A stretch of 64,000 nucleotides of DNA from an uncultured Nitrososphaeraceae archaeon. Lineage in GTDB: Archaea > Thermoproteota > Nitrososphaeria > Nitrososphaerales > Nitrososphaeraceae. Positions 10,070-21,013 of this stretch are shown in pieces (the stretch's first letter is position 1; each line of letters begins with the position of its first letter). A model generated the notes under the pieces. It was given only the letters and a program-made list of their open reading frames with translations. It did not search any database and was not told the origin of the DNA. The stretch covers positions 64,001-128,000 of the forward strand of contig CAVZZA010000004.1 of the NCBI GenBank assembly GCA_963779615.1, read 5' to 3'. The position numbers and the translations under genes are program-made.

Positions 10070-11452
10070 TTACGGTGTCAGTCTGTCAATGTCCCTTGGA
10101 TAGAATGTGGCATCCCGTATGTTTTCAATTTTTAGCAATGCCATGATAAGCCTTTCGAGACCCAGTCCAAAACCGGCATGCGGTGGGACACCATAATCAA
10201 ATACGCGCAAATGGTAGTCAAAGGCAGCAAAATTTAATCCCTTTTTTTTCATATTCTCCAATAAAGTATTTTTGTTGTTAATACGGGTGCTTCCGGAAGA
10301 TAACTCCAAGGCGCCATACATCAGATCAAAAGATTCGCTTATACTCCTGTGACTTTCTTTCTCTTCTGAATCTGAAGAATCATACTCTGAAGGGGTTGCA
10401 TCAGGATTGAGTTTGGATTTTACGTAAAACGGTTTGGTAGATGAGGGCCAGTCCACAATATAATAAAAATCATCTACAATCACATCCCTTAAAATCTTTG
10501 GTGAAATGTCGTCTCCCCATCTGATGTATTTGTGATTTTTTTGCAATTTATCCACCAAATCCGTATACGCGTATCTTGGAAAAGGAGGGTTAACGTGTGG
10601 CAACTCTATTTCCAAGTTTTTTAATTCATTTGCATTTTCCTCTTGTATTCTTAAAATGATGTGTGCGATAAGGCCATCGAGTAATTCCATCACATCATTG
10701 TAATCGACAAATGCTTTTTCAATATCTACAGAAATTGCCTCAGAAAGGTGTCTGTTTGTTCTGGAAGGTTCCGCTCTAAATATTGGCGCGATTTCAAAAA
10801 CATTTTCAAATGCCATTGTTAATTGTTCTTTATACAACTGAGGGCTTTGAGCTAAAAACGCCTCTCTGTCGTAATAGAAGATTGGAAAAAGGGCCGCCCC
10901 ACCCTCTGTGGCAGTTGCAATCATTTTTGGCGTATTTACCTCAATAAAATAATTCTTGGTTAGAAATTCTCTTATGGAGTTTAAGGCTGTAAATCTTATT
11001 TTGAAAACATTTTGCAGGTAATTTCTTCTTAAATCAAGTGCCCTCAACTCCAATCTTGTATCAATTCCTATGGTTGAAACTGCTTGAGTCAAAAATGGGG
11101 CAGCTTTAGTAGAAACGGACAATACTTTGATTTCAAGTGGAATCACCTCAACGTTGTTTGAAGAATGTTTCTGTTCAACAACTTTTCCTTTTACCCCAAC
11201 TGAAGAGTGCTCTTTCAAATTTTTTAAAACTTCAAAAATTCCTCTTTCTGAATCTTTTTTTTTCACGACAATCTGGATGTCTCCAAATTTATCTCTTAAC
11301 TGGATAAATAAAACATTGCCATGATCACGTTTGGATGATATCCATCCCATTATTATGACCAATTGATTTATCTGAGAACTATTTACCTGAAAAGAATAGT
11401 GTGTTCTTCGCCAATTGTCAATGTCTTGTTCAATAACTGTTTTTTCTTCCAA
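10070..11452 (-). CDS. aspS: Aspartyl-tRNA synthetase, archaeal type (probably non-discriminating)
   Basis: ATEGGA, LAQSPQLYK, FRAE, PPHAGFGLGLERL, RDIDRLTP; clustered with gatCAB. Confidence 0.96.
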   Translation of the reverse strand: MEEKTVIEQDIDNWRRTHYSFQVNSSQINQLVIIMGWISSKRDHGNVLFIQLRDKFGDIQIVVKKKDSERGIFEVLKNLKEHSSVGVKGKVVEQKHSSNNVEVIPLEIKVLSVSTKAAPFLTQAVSTIGIDTRLELRALDLRRNYLQNVFKIRFTALNSIREFLTKNYFIEVNTPKMIATATEGGAALFPIFYYDREAFLAQSPQLYKEQLTMAFENVFEIAPIFRAEPSRTNRHLSEAISVDIEKAFVDYNDVMELLDGLIAHIILRIQEENANELKNLEIELPHVNPPFPRYAYTDLVDKLQKNHKYIRWGDDISPKILRDVIVDDFYYIVDWPSSTKPFYVKSKLNPDATPSEYDSSDSEEKESHRSISESFDLMYGALELSSGSTRINNKNTLLENMKKKGLNFAAFDYHLRVFDYGVPPHAGFGLGLERLIMALLKIENIRDATFYPRDIDRLTP

Positions 11453-11618
11453 CCTAATACAATGAAATCAAAATTTCATTAAAATATAACCTTTTTTGAA
11501 AGGCGATTTTTTATTTGTTTCTGTTTATTGCTCCCCAACTATTCACCAAACTCCTTTCGCGCAAGCCATATAAACCAATTTTTTATAACAATCTCTACAA
11601 ATATTCAAATATGTTGCA

Positions 11619-11969
11619 TTGGAATTATTAGTTATGGGAAATGAAAACGTACTTCATGTAAATTCCAATAACTGGGAGTCGGAAGTTCTTAAATCAGAAA
11701 AACCTGTATTCGTAGACTTTTGGGCAGAATGGTGTGGTCCATGCAGAATGGTAGGTCCAGTAGTAGAGCAAATAGCACAATCTCATTCGGATAAAATAAA
11801 GGTTGTCAAACTCAATGTGGATGAAAGTCAAGACATCGCCATGAAATATGGCATTCAGTCAATTCCGTCATTAATGGTTTTCAATAAGGGTAAAGAGGTA
11901 AACAGAACCGTTGGCGCAGCACCTAAAGAAACATATTTAAGATTCATAAACGATTCCATATCCAAATAA
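11619..11969 (+). CDS. trxA: Thioredoxin
   Basis: DFWAEWCGPCR; real start probably ATG at 11634. Confidence 0.97.
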   Translation: MELLVMGNENVLHVNSNNWESEVLKSEKPVFVDFWAEWCGPCRMVGPVVEQIAQSHSDKIKVVKLNVDESQDIAMKYGIQSIPSLMVFNKGKEVNRTVGAAPKETYLRFINDSISK

Positions 11970-12038
11970 CATTATTTGAAGTATTGGGTAATTATTGGAT
12001 TAAAAGCATTAATTACCTTAATTATCAGATAATTTCAA

Positions 12039-14828
12039 TTGAATAAAACGGAGATTCTTAACATTTTTTCTTCAGATTATGAAAAGTTTTATAAAGTATC
12101 GCTTTTTGATAGGTTAGGATTTATAAGGCAATCATGCAGTATTTGTGGAAAATTTTACTGGTCTCTTTCTCAACGGTTGTGCTGTCCAGATCATGAAAAT
12201 TATTCGTTTATCGGGAATCCGCCAACCTCACAAAGATTAAGTTATGTTCAATCATGGGAAGAAACCAAAAAATATTTTGAAAAAAATGGACATACTACGG
12301 TAAACCGATATCCTGTTGTATGCAGATGGAGAGAGGACCTCTATTACACAATCGCTTCGATAGTTGACTTTCAGCGAATTATGGAAAACAAGGTTGTCTT
12401 TGAACTGCCCCACAATCCTCTGGTAGTACCTCAAATGTGCCTCAGGTTTAACGACATTGAGAATGTGGGAGTTAGCGGTCGTCATTATACCTCATTTTGC
12501 ATGATAGGCCAAACATGCAATGCCGATAAAGAAGGGGGATATTGGAAAGACCGGTGCATTGATTTGGACTTTGGACTGCTCGTGGACGTTCTAGGCATTT
12601 CCCCAAACGAAATAACTTTTGTAGAAGACGTTTGGTTGGGAGCTGGTGCATTTGGCTGTTCCTTGGAATACTTTGTGAGGGGTTTGGAGTTGGGAAATGC
12701 AGTTTTTACAGAATTTGAGGGTAACGAAAAAAATTACCATACAATGAAAAACAAAATTATTGATATGGGTGCGGGTTTAGAAAGGTTTTCATGGATAACA
12801 AATGGAACACCCACAAGTTACGATTGTACATTTGAGCCTGTATTGAAAAATATTTACAATGCCCTAGGTTTAGAACATTTTTCATCCAAAGATGAAAATA
12901 ATTTCGAAACAACTCTTCTCGCAAATTATTTTGGTAGGGTGTCATCAAAACTCAACTCTAATGCCGACACAAAAATCATAAAGAAACAAATTGCTCAAGA
13001 ATTAAAAGTGGATTTTGAAAAATTGCAAAAGACCGTTGTCCCATATGAATCCCTATACACTATAGTTGACCATGCAAGGACATTAATTTTTGCCATAAGC
13101 GATGGTTCATTGCCATCAAACGTGGGAGGCGGATACAATCTCAGAGTGTTGCTTAGACGTTCTTTATCATTGCTAAAAAAGTTAGGGTTCAGCTTAAAAA
13201 TTTCAGACATTGTGGAAATGCATATAGATCAATTACAAAAATTGTATCCGGAACTGAATGACTTTAAAAATGACATTTTTACCATTTTGGATATAGAGTC
13301 CAAAAGGTTCTATGACACAGAAAATAGGATTAGCACCATTTCTGATAAGATAAAGAAGGAAAACATTAAACCGAACATGGATAATTTGATAAGGCTTTAT
13401 GAATCAGATGGCATCACGCCTGATTATCTTGTCGATGCGGGATTGATAGATTCGGTACCCCAAAATTTTTATACAAAACTCTCAGAATTGCACTCTTCAA
13501 TTAATTTAACTAAAAAAGACAAAAGTGAAATAAACATAGGCGAAGACCTGGATTTAGACTCTATAGCAAAAACTGAATTACTTTATTATGAGTATCCCGC
13601 CAAAAACATTTTTGAAGCCAAAGTGATAAAACGGATTGATGAGGACATCATAATCTTGGATAAAACCTGTTTTTATCCAAGAGGGGGAGGTCAAGAACCT
13701 GATTTTGGATATGTTGGGGCACACAGGATAGACAACGTTATCAAAGTTAAAGACATTGTTTTTCATCATACATCCGAAAAGAATAACTTGAGGGAAGGCG
13801 AAGCGGTTAACTGTATTGTAGAAAAAGAGCGTAGAGATTCGATTACAAAAAACCACACATCCACGCATATTATAAACCACTCATCCAGAAATATTTTAGG
13901 CTCTTGGGTTTGGCAAAATTCAGCATTTAAAGAGGAGAATTACGCACGCCTAGATATAACCCATCACTCGGCATTAAACAAACATGAAATTCAGGAAATA
14001 GAGATAAAGGCAAATGAAGTGATTAGAAAAAACCTGCCGGTTTATATTAATACCTTTGACAGGGGGGTAGCAGAACAAAACTATGGTTTTAGAATTTATC
14101 AGGGAGGGGTGGTTCCATCCAATAATGTTAGAATAGTAAACATAGGGGGTTTAGACATAGAGGCATGCGGGGGCACACACGTTTTCAACACCGGAGAAAT
14201 TGGATTGGTAAAAATCCTAAAAACTGAAAGAATTCAAGATGGTGTAGTTAGACTTGAGTTTGTTTCGGGACAAAATGCATTAAAATACATTCAGAAGCAG
14301 GAAGATCAAATACAGTTTATTGTAAACAGTCTTGGCACAAGTAAAGAAAAAGTCATAGATTCGTTTTCAAAAAATATGGATGACCTTGATAAATCCAAGA
14401 AAAAAATAAAAAGCATCATAAAAAGCATTTCAAGGGTATATTCTCAACATATTCTTAGTAACTCCGCAACAATTGAATCTGAAACCAATAGAGGCAAATT
14501 TGTTAAACTGTACTATGTGATAGAGGATGAACTCGATGAAGAGTTTCATTTGATTGTAGGGAAGAATGCAGTAGATGCGGATCCTGATCTGATTTATGTC
14601 TCTATAGTAGACAATAAAAATTCTGCCAGAGTGATAGTTTACTGCGGCAAAAACTCTTCAAGCATCATAAATGCAGGGGACCTTGCCAAATCCGCATCAC
14701 TAATTTTAAATGGTTCTGGAGGCGGTTCAAGGAATTTCGGTCAGGGGGGCGGAAAGTCAATAGAAGAGTTGAAAGAGATAAAACCATTAATGGAGAACAT
14801 TATAGCAGCAAAATTGGTTAGCCGATAG
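12039..14828 (+). CDS. alaS: Alanyl-tRNA synthetase
   Basis: Archaeal N-terminal CxxC, LELGNAVF, IDMGAGLER, editing HTSTH and CGGTH, GGG-rich C-Ala tail. Confidence 0.97.
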   Translation: MNKTEILNIFSSDYEKFYKVSLFDRLGFIRQSCSICGKFYWSLSQRLCCPDHENYSFIGNPPTSQRLSYVQSWEETKKYFEKNGHTTVNRYPVVCRWREDLYYTIASIVDFQRIMENKVVFELPHNPLVVPQMCLRFNDIENVGVSGRHYTSFCMIGQTCNADKEGGYWKDRCIDLDFGLLVDVLGISPNEITFVEDVWLGAGAFGCSLEYFVRGLELGNAVFTEFEGNEKNYHTMKNKIIDMGAGLERFSWITNGTPTSYDCTFEPVLKNIYNALGLEHFSSKDENNFETTLLANYFGRVSSKLNSNADTKIIKKQIAQELKVDFEKLQKTVVPYESLYTIVDHARTLIFAISDGSLPSNVGGGYNLRVLLRRSLSLLKKLGFSLKISDIVEMHIDQLQKLYPELNDFKNDIFTILDIESKRFYDTENRISTISDKIKKENIKPNMDNLIRLYESDGITPDYLVDAGLIDSVPQNFYTKLSELHSSINLTKKDKSEINIGEDLDLDSIAKTELLYYEYPAKNIFEAKVIKRIDEDIIILDKTCFYPRGGGQEPDFGYVGAHRIDNVIKVKDIVFHHTSEKNNLREGEAVNCIVEKERRDSITKNHTSTHIINHSSRNILGSWVWQNSAFKEENYARLDITHHSALNKHEIQEIEIKANEVIRKNLPVYINTFDRGVAEQNYGFRIYQGGVVPSNNVRIVNIGGLDIEACGGTHVFNTGEIGLVKILKTERIQDGVVRLEFVSGQNALKYIQKQEDQIQFIVNSLGTSKEKVIDSFSKNMDDLDKSKKKIKSIIKSISRVYSQHILSNSATIESETNRGKFVKLYYVIEDELDEEFHLIVGKNAVDADPDLIYVSIVDNKNSARVIVYCGKNSSSIINAGDLAKSASLILNGSGGGSRNFGQGGGKSIEELKEIKPLMENIIAAKLVSR

Positions 14829-15061
14829 GTTGCCAAGTTTACCTATAGTCAATTGGTGTCATAACAGCAATAAATGAACTTTTCAAATCCGTCGCTAAAT
14901 TTTGTTTGCTGTGTTTATGTTTTAAAAAATATGTGTGTAGCAAAAAAGTAATGATCACAAAATGCATGTGGGGATAAATAAAAAATGAAAAGAGAAAATA
15001 TTTGAAATCATATCGAGATTAAAGAATTGGATAGTGTACAATAACTCGATATCTGTTGGTA

Positions 15062-16210
15062 TTATGTCACTATCCTAATAACATCTTTGGGATTTGGTAT
15101 GGACTTTTTGATTTCCATTGCTATACGCCTTCCTACACCAAAAGTTTCACCGTGTTTGTATTTTGTATAAGGTGTGGTAGTGGCGAGTATGGGATTTCCA
15201 GGAACCCTTAAAGAGACATCATAAACAACCATGTTTAAATCAGGTGTAATTACGCTTTGCAATGAAAAGGGCCCAATAACTCCGGGTGGATATTCTTTTT
15301 TTGTGCTGCCTACAAATTGTTCCCCCATTTTAAACACGTTATCTAAAAGCGACTCACGAATGCTTGCAGGTGTATGGCCCACCTCTATATTCTGGAGTTC
15401 AATATCAATTTCAAGCTGATTTTTAGCTGGAATCGATGTTGTATAGTCATGAATGTTTGTTTGTAGTCTCCTCTCAATGCCTAAAAACTCGGTTTCATCC
15501 TCCAGGGGTGAATAAAAAAAATTAAAGTTGAAATATGTTCCTATCATGTATTGCTCTATTACGGAATTGCTTTTCAAGGACTCTGCGTCGATTATTCCTT
15601 TATCCATTTTAGCCTGGGATTTTTTTTTATAATCCTCAAAAGATGTAACAATAAAAAATGCCCGTTCCAATTTTCGCTTGGCCTCTTGAACTTTGACAAT
15701 TGCAGGCCCGTCAATTTCATCGGGATTAGTGTAAATTTTAGGATGGGGGATCTTTGCCTTTTCCAATAAATAGTATTGATTTCTCTCCAGGTTTCTTTCT
15801 TCGGCTTTTAACAACCACCGGTTGCCAAAAATAGGCAGGCAGAAATTATTCTCTATGTTGTCATATCCGATATATACCGAAAATGATCTGTGGGGAACCA
15901 TGATGGTGTTTAGGCTTAAAAGTTTTTCCTGATTTTCCTTAAAAAGGATGTCTGAAAACTTGTCTACAATTATCAACTCATCTGAGAGGCGTCTGTATCT
16001 TAAATACGGCAGCTCTCTTCCCTTTTGGCAAATGCAAACTGTTTTAAGGCTTTCCTCCTTTGCCCCATCCATTATTTCTAACGCAGAATGGCTACCTATC
16101 ACGCCCACCGATATGTTATTTAGGTCATAATCACTCTCTATGTGATTATTAATTGTGGTTTCAACATTTCCCTTACATTGTGAATTAAAGCTGTTAGGCA
16201 TTTCACACAC
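15062..16210 (-). CDS. purP: PurP-family AICAR formate ligase (ATP-grasp)
   Basis: GSHSALEI, PHRSF, ERAFF, GHTPASIRESLL, IGPFSLQ, GRRIAMEIK. Confidence 0.9.
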   Translation of the reverse strand: MCEMPNSFNSQCKGNVETTINNHIESDYDLNNISVGVIGSHSALEIMDGAKEESLKTVCICQKGRELPYLRYRRLSDELIIVDKFSDILFKENQEKLLSLNTIMVPHRSFSVYIGYDNIENNFCLPIFGNRWLLKAEERNLERNQYYLLEKAKIPHPKIYTNPDEIDGPAIVKVQEAKRKLERAFFIVTSFEDYKKKSQAKMDKGIIDAESLKSNSVIEQYMIGTYFNFNFFYSPLEDETEFLGIERRLQTNIHDYTTSIPAKNQLEIDIELQNIEVGHTPASIRESLLDNVFKMGEQFVGSTKKEYPPGVIGPFSLQSVITPDLNMVVYDVSLRVPGNPILATTTPYTKYKHGETFGVGRRIAMEIKKSIPNPKDVIRIVT

Positions 16211-16215
16211 TGTTG

Positions 16216-16554
16216 TTATTCATTATTTTGTTTTTTTAGTTCAGAATCAATAGCATTTTTCAAATCTTGATCATCTTTATTGGAGTAATCCACACCCAAG
16301 GTTTCAGCAATGGATTCCAACTTTTCTCTGTCCACATTTTTTTTGGTGGATGAATCCTTATCACTCTCAATAGTTTTTTTTGCTTCTATTCTTGCCTTTT
16401 GAAACTCAGACGATGCCTTTCCCAAAGACCTGGCTAACTCTGGGATTTTTTTTGCCCCAAAGAAAAGTATAACAATTATCAGAATAATAATAATCCACTC
16501 TGCACCATTTATAAAAGCCATAAAAAGTATCTTACAATCCCCATTTATAAACAC
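16216..16554 (-). CDS. tatA: Twin-arginine translocase TatA/E subunit
   Basis: EWIIIILIIVILFFGAKKIPELARSLGKA; start probably MAFING. Confidence 0.92.
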   Translation of the reverse strand: MFINGDCKILFMAFINGAEWIIIILIIVILFFGAKKIPELARSLGKASSEFQKARIEAKKTIESDKDSSTKKNVDREKLESIAETLGVDYSNKDDQDLKNAIDSELKKQNNE

Positions 16555-16782
16555 TAATACTTGAGGATATGGATAATTTCCTCAAAGTGAGATGGCAATA
16601 ATATTTTTTTTTATAAGGGACTGTGGGTTGAATTGATCCTAAAGAAACAGCATGTTTCAAGGCGATTATCTGCAATAATGCCAAACACCCACACATCATC
16701 CTGTTCTTGTTGCTGTAAAAAGTTTTGAATGAAGGGAAAGGAAACGAAAGGAAAGGAAAAAATAATATGAGAAAAATGGGGT

Positions 16783-17166
16783 GTGAAAGGTGAAGAGAAA
16801 CATCAAGCTAAAATTATATTATTCGGCAAAAAGAGTTGTTTTATAATGAGATATAATGAAGCCGCCTTTATCGGGCAAAAGAATTCAAAAGATGCCCAAA
16901 TAAGGCTGTTTAACTATACGGGTTTTGCAATGTTGACCTATACAATAAAGCAGTCCCCTGATGGAAAGGGATTCCTTCCGGTTGGAGAGAGGACATATGC
17001 AGGCAAGGCGGTTTTTGGTGATAAAATTATTTTGTACTTGACTGATGAAGATGGTTTTGCAAAAGCTCAATCAAAACCCATGAACATTGAAGAAGGGGAA
17101 AAGATATTCATTAAGATGTTGCAAGAGGGAATTGAAAATTATGATGGTCAGGTTAAAACTATATGA
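16783..17166 (+). CDS. Hypothetical protein (start probably ATG 16846)
   Basis: ORF with host-like codon use; no motif recognised. Confidence 0.7.
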   Translation: MKGEEKHQAKIILFGKKSCFIMRYNEAAFIGQKNSKDAQIRLFNYTGFAMLTYTIKQSPDGKGFLPVGERTYAGKAVFGDKIILYLTDEDGFAKAQSKPMNIEEGEKIFIKMLQEGIENYDGQVKTI

Positions 17167-17899
17167 TTATCTCTGTTCCCATTTTTGCATTTTCCATCAC
17201 GACCTTCTGAATGTTTTCCACAGATGACTTGAAAACAACTGTTGGTAAACACGAGCGCTCTATTACTTTTAAGCCGATTAAATCCATCAAATCATAGGTC
17301 CCCGCCATGGAGTTTTCCATTTTTAGGAGATTGATGCATTCTTTAACATCAATAGATTCAAACAATTTTGCATCTGGATTGTGTCGAGGATCGGAATCAA
17401 AAATTCCCTCCACGTCAGTCGCGTTGAAAAATTTTATTGCCTTTATCTTTTCAGCTATCAAAGCAGAAGTGGCGTTTGTGCTTTGTCCAGGGTACAGTCC
17501 ACCCGTAACTATAACCTTGTCTGTGAGGATTGCGGTGGAAATTTCATCCAAATTGCGAGGGGTTAATGGAAAGCATAAATCGCCAAGGCCTGCTATAAAC
17601 AACTTTGCATTGAGGCGAGAAACCTGTATGCCCATCAGGTCCAATCCCGATTCGTCAAAACCCAATTTTCGGGACAAATCGATATAAAACCTTGCTATTT
17701 TTCCACCACCCGTTATAATCACTGGTTGGTAAACCTCATTAATTTTTTTAATTAGGAGGGCGTAATCATGTAATATTTTATAATCTGTCGCAAAATTAAA
17801 GATACTTCCACTAAGTTTTATAACAATCCGTGGCTTGGTCATTTTATTTGCTTTTCTTTTTCCTTTTAACAATATAAATTTCGTTATGCAAAGGATCAA
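17159..17899 (-). CDS. pyrH: UMP kinase
   Basis: VIKLSGS, TGGGKIAR, PGQSTNA, ATDVEGIFDSDP. Confidence 0.95.
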   Translation of the reverse strand: MILCITKFILLKGKRKANKMTKPRIVIKLSGSIFNFATDYKILHDYALLIKKINEVYQPVIITGGGKIARFYIDLSRKLGFDESGLDLMGIQVSRLNAKLFIAGLGDLCFPLTPRNLDEISTAILTDKVIVTGGLYPGQSTNATSALIAEKIKAIKFFNATDVEGIFDSDPRHNPDAKLFESIDVKECINLLKMENSMAGTYDLMDLIGLKVIERSCLPTVVFKSSVENIQKVVMENAKMGTEIII

Positions 17900-19200
17900 T
17901 TAAGAAAGCCATTGAAGATATTTTCAAAAAACTTTCTTTTCTCCTTGGTTGTGTAAATCCTTATCATGTCCAGATACCCGGTAATGGCGTTGATTAAGGG
18001 AATTTGATCAAAAGATTTTTCATATTCTGATTTTTTATCCATTATCATTATTGATGTAACCTCCTCTTTTTTTGGAGCTAATGGAATGGAGGGGGCCCGA
18101 GACACATCCAAAAATATTGGGTATCCCAATTGCTGATACTCATCAACTATCTTCTTTATGTTGTCTATTTGGTGATCAAAATGTGAGTGAACATCAAAAA
18201 GGTTATTCTCCTCATTTTCCATTCTTACCTTATTACTTCTTTGGCTAGTGAGTAAAAAAAACTCATAGATGCATTTTAAGAGGTTTCGGTTTTGATAATC
18301 TTTTGCAAGTGTTATGGATATTTTCATGTTCTTGTTTTTTTCTTTATCGTTATCGTTTAATGCGGTAGATGTCAGTTTTTCTAAAACCATTTCGTCGTGT
18401 AAACCAAAAAAATCTTCCAAAGAGCGAAAATCGGTAAAATGCAATACCTCATCCTGAATTTTCATCGAGTGCAATAGCATTACCTCACCTGAGCGCACTG
18501 TTTTATGAAAGTACACTGCTTTAAACATTTGATACCTTGATATCAGCATTGACTCATACGAATATAATGCCGATTTGCTTATTCCCAAAACATCATTGGA
18601 TGAAACCTCTAAAGAATTTATAATCCTGTGATAGTCTATTTTTCCATATTCGGTACCAGAAAAATAGCTATCCCTTGGGAGGTAATCCATTAAATCTACG
18701 GACAATCCTCCTGAAATAATCTCATTCAGAAAATTTATTTTGTGCTTGCCAAAGCTTAGGGAAGCTATTTCCTGAGAGTTGTAACCATTTTTTGTGATGA
18801 TGTCAGAAACAATTGTTTTGGTAATAATGTCATGCCCTAGGCTCTCATGGGAAAACTTGTCATTGGTTTTTAAAACCTCCTCAAAAAGATGGGAAAAGGG
18901 GCCATGACCTATATCATGCAAGAGTGCTGCAATGCGAAGTTTTTGTATGTAGTCCTGATCCGTAAAGTAATCCTTGCTATATAGTGTTTGACCAGCCAAC
19001 CCCGCCAAAAACATGGAGCCAAGAGAGTGTTCAAAGCGTGAATGCAGCGCACCAGGGTAAACCAGGTGGGCACCGGCCAGTTGCCGTATTCTCCTTAACC
19101 TCTGAAAAACGAAGGTATCAATTAATTCTTTTTCAACGAGTGTAAATTTTATATTTTTATGAATGGGATCTGTAATTTCACCAATGAATCTCAAATTCAT
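17896..19200 (-). CDS. HD-domain phosphohydrolase, SAMHD1/dNTPase-like
   Basis: DPIH, FQRLRRIRQL, HSRFEHSLG, LLHDIGHGPFSH, DLMDYL-RD, VYFHK. Confidence 0.92.
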   Translation of the reverse strand: MNLRFIGEITDPIHKNIKFTLVEKELIDTFVFQRLRRIRQLAGAHLVYPGALHSRFEHSLGSMFLAGLAGQTLYSKDYFTDQDYIQKLRIAALLHDIGHGPFSHLFEEVLKTNDKFSHESLGHDIITKTIVSDIITKNGYNSQEIASLSFGKHKINFLNEIISGGLSVDLMDYLPRDSYFSGTEYGKIDYHRIINSLEVSSNDVLGISKSALYSYESMLISRYQMFKAVYFHKTVRSGEVMLLHSMKIQDEVLHFTDFRSLEDFFGLHDEMVLEKLTSTALNDNDKEKNKNMKISITLAKDYQNRNLLKCIYEFFLLTSQRSNKVRMENEENNLFDVHSHFDHQIDNIKKIVDEYQQLGYPIFLDVSRAPSIPLAPKKEEVTSIMIMDKKSEYEKSFDQIPLINAITGYLDMIRIYTTKEKRKFFENIFNGFLN

Positions 19201-19290
19201 AAGATTTGATTACGGATATGTCTATATATATGATAATTATTGATAATAATGAAAAAAAACAATGCATATTGCTTTTGTTTCATATTGATT

Positions 19291-19941
19291 TTATCTCTCT
19301 ATCTCAATAACATTTGTAATTGAATCCAACAGGGAGTTTACATCAGAATCTGAGTCTATTACAGTCCAATTAAACCTTTTTGCCAGATCAAGATAATTTT
19401 CTCTTGCTTTTTCCAGAAAATCCCTGCTTTTTTCAAACTCATCGAGAACAAACCCGTTGTCAAAGCCCCTTTTGTACGAAATAACGGGCTCAATATCCAA
19501 TACAATAACAATATCTTCCTTTGGTAAACCGTAATCAAGGTTGACCAACCAATCAAAATCCATGCCGTTGGCCAATCCATAAGCCAGGTTTGATTGGTAA
19601 TACCTGTTTATGATGACAATGTTATCCTTTTCTCTTAAACCCTCTATCTCGGTTTTTTTTTCCCACCTGTTTGCAGATAACAACATGTGTTTCACTTCGT
19701 TGTTGTATTTGACCCTGCCTTCCAGAAACAACTTGATTTCCCTTCCTATTCTTGTTGAATAGTCGGGGAAACTCAATAGACTGACATTTCCCGGATAAAT
19801 CTTGTCATAAAAGTTAAAGAGCATCCTTGACTGGGTTGTTTTTCCGGATTTATCCAGACCCTCAATAACAATGAGTTTTCCTTTCGGTTTCCTTTCTTTC
19901 AACAAGCCACACTCCACTACAATATTTATAATTTTATGCAT
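19291..19941 (-). CDS. tmk: Thymidylate kinase
   Basis: IEGLDKSGKTTQ, FPDYSTRIG, SANRWE, NRYYQSNLAYG. Confidence 0.95.
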   Translation of the reverse strand: MHKIINIVVECGLLKERKPKGKLIVIEGLDKSGKTTQSRMLFNFYDKIYPGNVSLLSFPDYSTRIGREIKLFLEGRVKYNNEVKHMLLSANRWEKKTEIEGLREKDNIVIINRYYQSNLAYGLANGMDFDWLVNLDYGLPKEDIVIVLDIEPVISYKRGFDNGFVLDEFEKSRDFLEKARENYLDLAKRFNWTVIDSDSDVNSLLDSITNVIEIER

Positions 19942-19984
19942 GGAAAAAAGTTTTAGTTTATAAATACTTCATAATTTAAAGAGT

Positions 19985-20317
19985 TTGTTGAAAATACGGG
20001 GTATTGGTTTAAACTTAATTTTGGCAAGCATTTACCTAATTGTTTTTTTTGCATTCACTGCTGGGCTAATTAATTCACTCATAGAGGGGCAAAGTTATAG
20101 TATAAGTGGATTCATTCCGTCTAGGGCTGTTCAAAATAACTATGAGACTGTAATTGGTGTTTTCACATTGATTTTTGGTTTTGTGGGGGCGTTGGTAATG
20201 CTCAAGGCATATAACGCTTCAAGGAGAAACGAGAAGTATGGTCTTTTGTCCATAGGGATTGTCATATTTTCAATATCTGTAGTCGCAATGTACAGAATAA
20301 TCGAGGCAAAATCCTGA
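19985..20317 (+). CDS. 3-TM membrane protein, possibly OST3/OST6/DC2-like
   Basis: TM-AGLINSLI-loop-F...QNNYET-TM-TM pattern; family call tentative. Confidence 0.6.
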   Translation: MLKIRGIGLNLILASIYLIVFFAFTAGLINSLIEGQSYSISGFIPSRAVQNNYETVIGVFTLIFGFVGALVMLKAYNASRRNEKYGLLSIGIVIFSISVVAMYRIIEAKS

Positions 20318-20332
20318 TCGTTCATTCTGTGA

Positions 20333-21013
20333 TTACGTGTTGACAAAGTTGTAGTGATGCCATGTTGAGTAGGGATGAAACGTCCCTACACTTTTTTCAG
20401 AAGATCCATCATTTTTGATGATTGTAAACCCGGTCTTTAAATGCTCTTCAATGAATTCCAAAAACAATATGGAACTGGATATCCTTACAAAATGATTTGC
20501 CTGCTCTTCATCTTCCTTGTTTGACAACAGCTCATGGATCATTTTCTTTGATATTTCAGTCGGTTGGTATACCGTAACCACTATTGGGGTGTTAGAACTT
20601 TCAATTTTTTTTAAGAGAAGAAACAAAATATTGAGACTCTGGTGCCCTGCCGACTTGTGTTTTGATGCCTTTTTTCCTTCTCCTTCTTCATTGGATTTTG
20701 AGTTTTTTTTTATCTTTGAGAGGTTTAGCATATTCAAAGAATCCATCAATCCATTCAATGAATCAATTATTACAATTGAATTGCAGGATATTGTACTCAG
20801 TATTTCTTTGAATGCTTTGGCAATGTTTTCCACCCGGGGCAGGATAATCGTAAAGTCGGGAAAATCACTGCTGTCGAACTTTAGTGTTTTGGTATGAAGG
20901 TATGACGAAAACACCGTATCAAAGTCTACAAAAGAGATTTGTTTTTCTTTGGAACCCAAAAGCAGAGAAGATAAAAAATTAATCTTTCCATTTATGTTGT
21001 TAAAGTAAGCCAA
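20333..21013 (-). CDS. Hypothetical protein, degenerate RecA-like fold
   Basis: FVDFD and Walker B-like IVIIDSLNG; no Walker A. Confidence 0.6.
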   Translation of the reverse strand: MAYFNNINGKINFLSSLLLGSKEKQISFVDFDTVFSSYLHTKTLKFDSSDFPDFTIILPRVENIAKAFKEILSTISCNSIVIIDSLNGLMDSLNMLNLSKIKKNSKSNEEGEGKKASKHKSAGHQSLNILFLLLKKIESSNTPIVVTVYQPTEISKKMIHELLSNKEDEEQANHFVRISSSILFLEFIEEHLKTGFTIIKNDGSSEKSVGTFHPYSTWHHYNFVNT

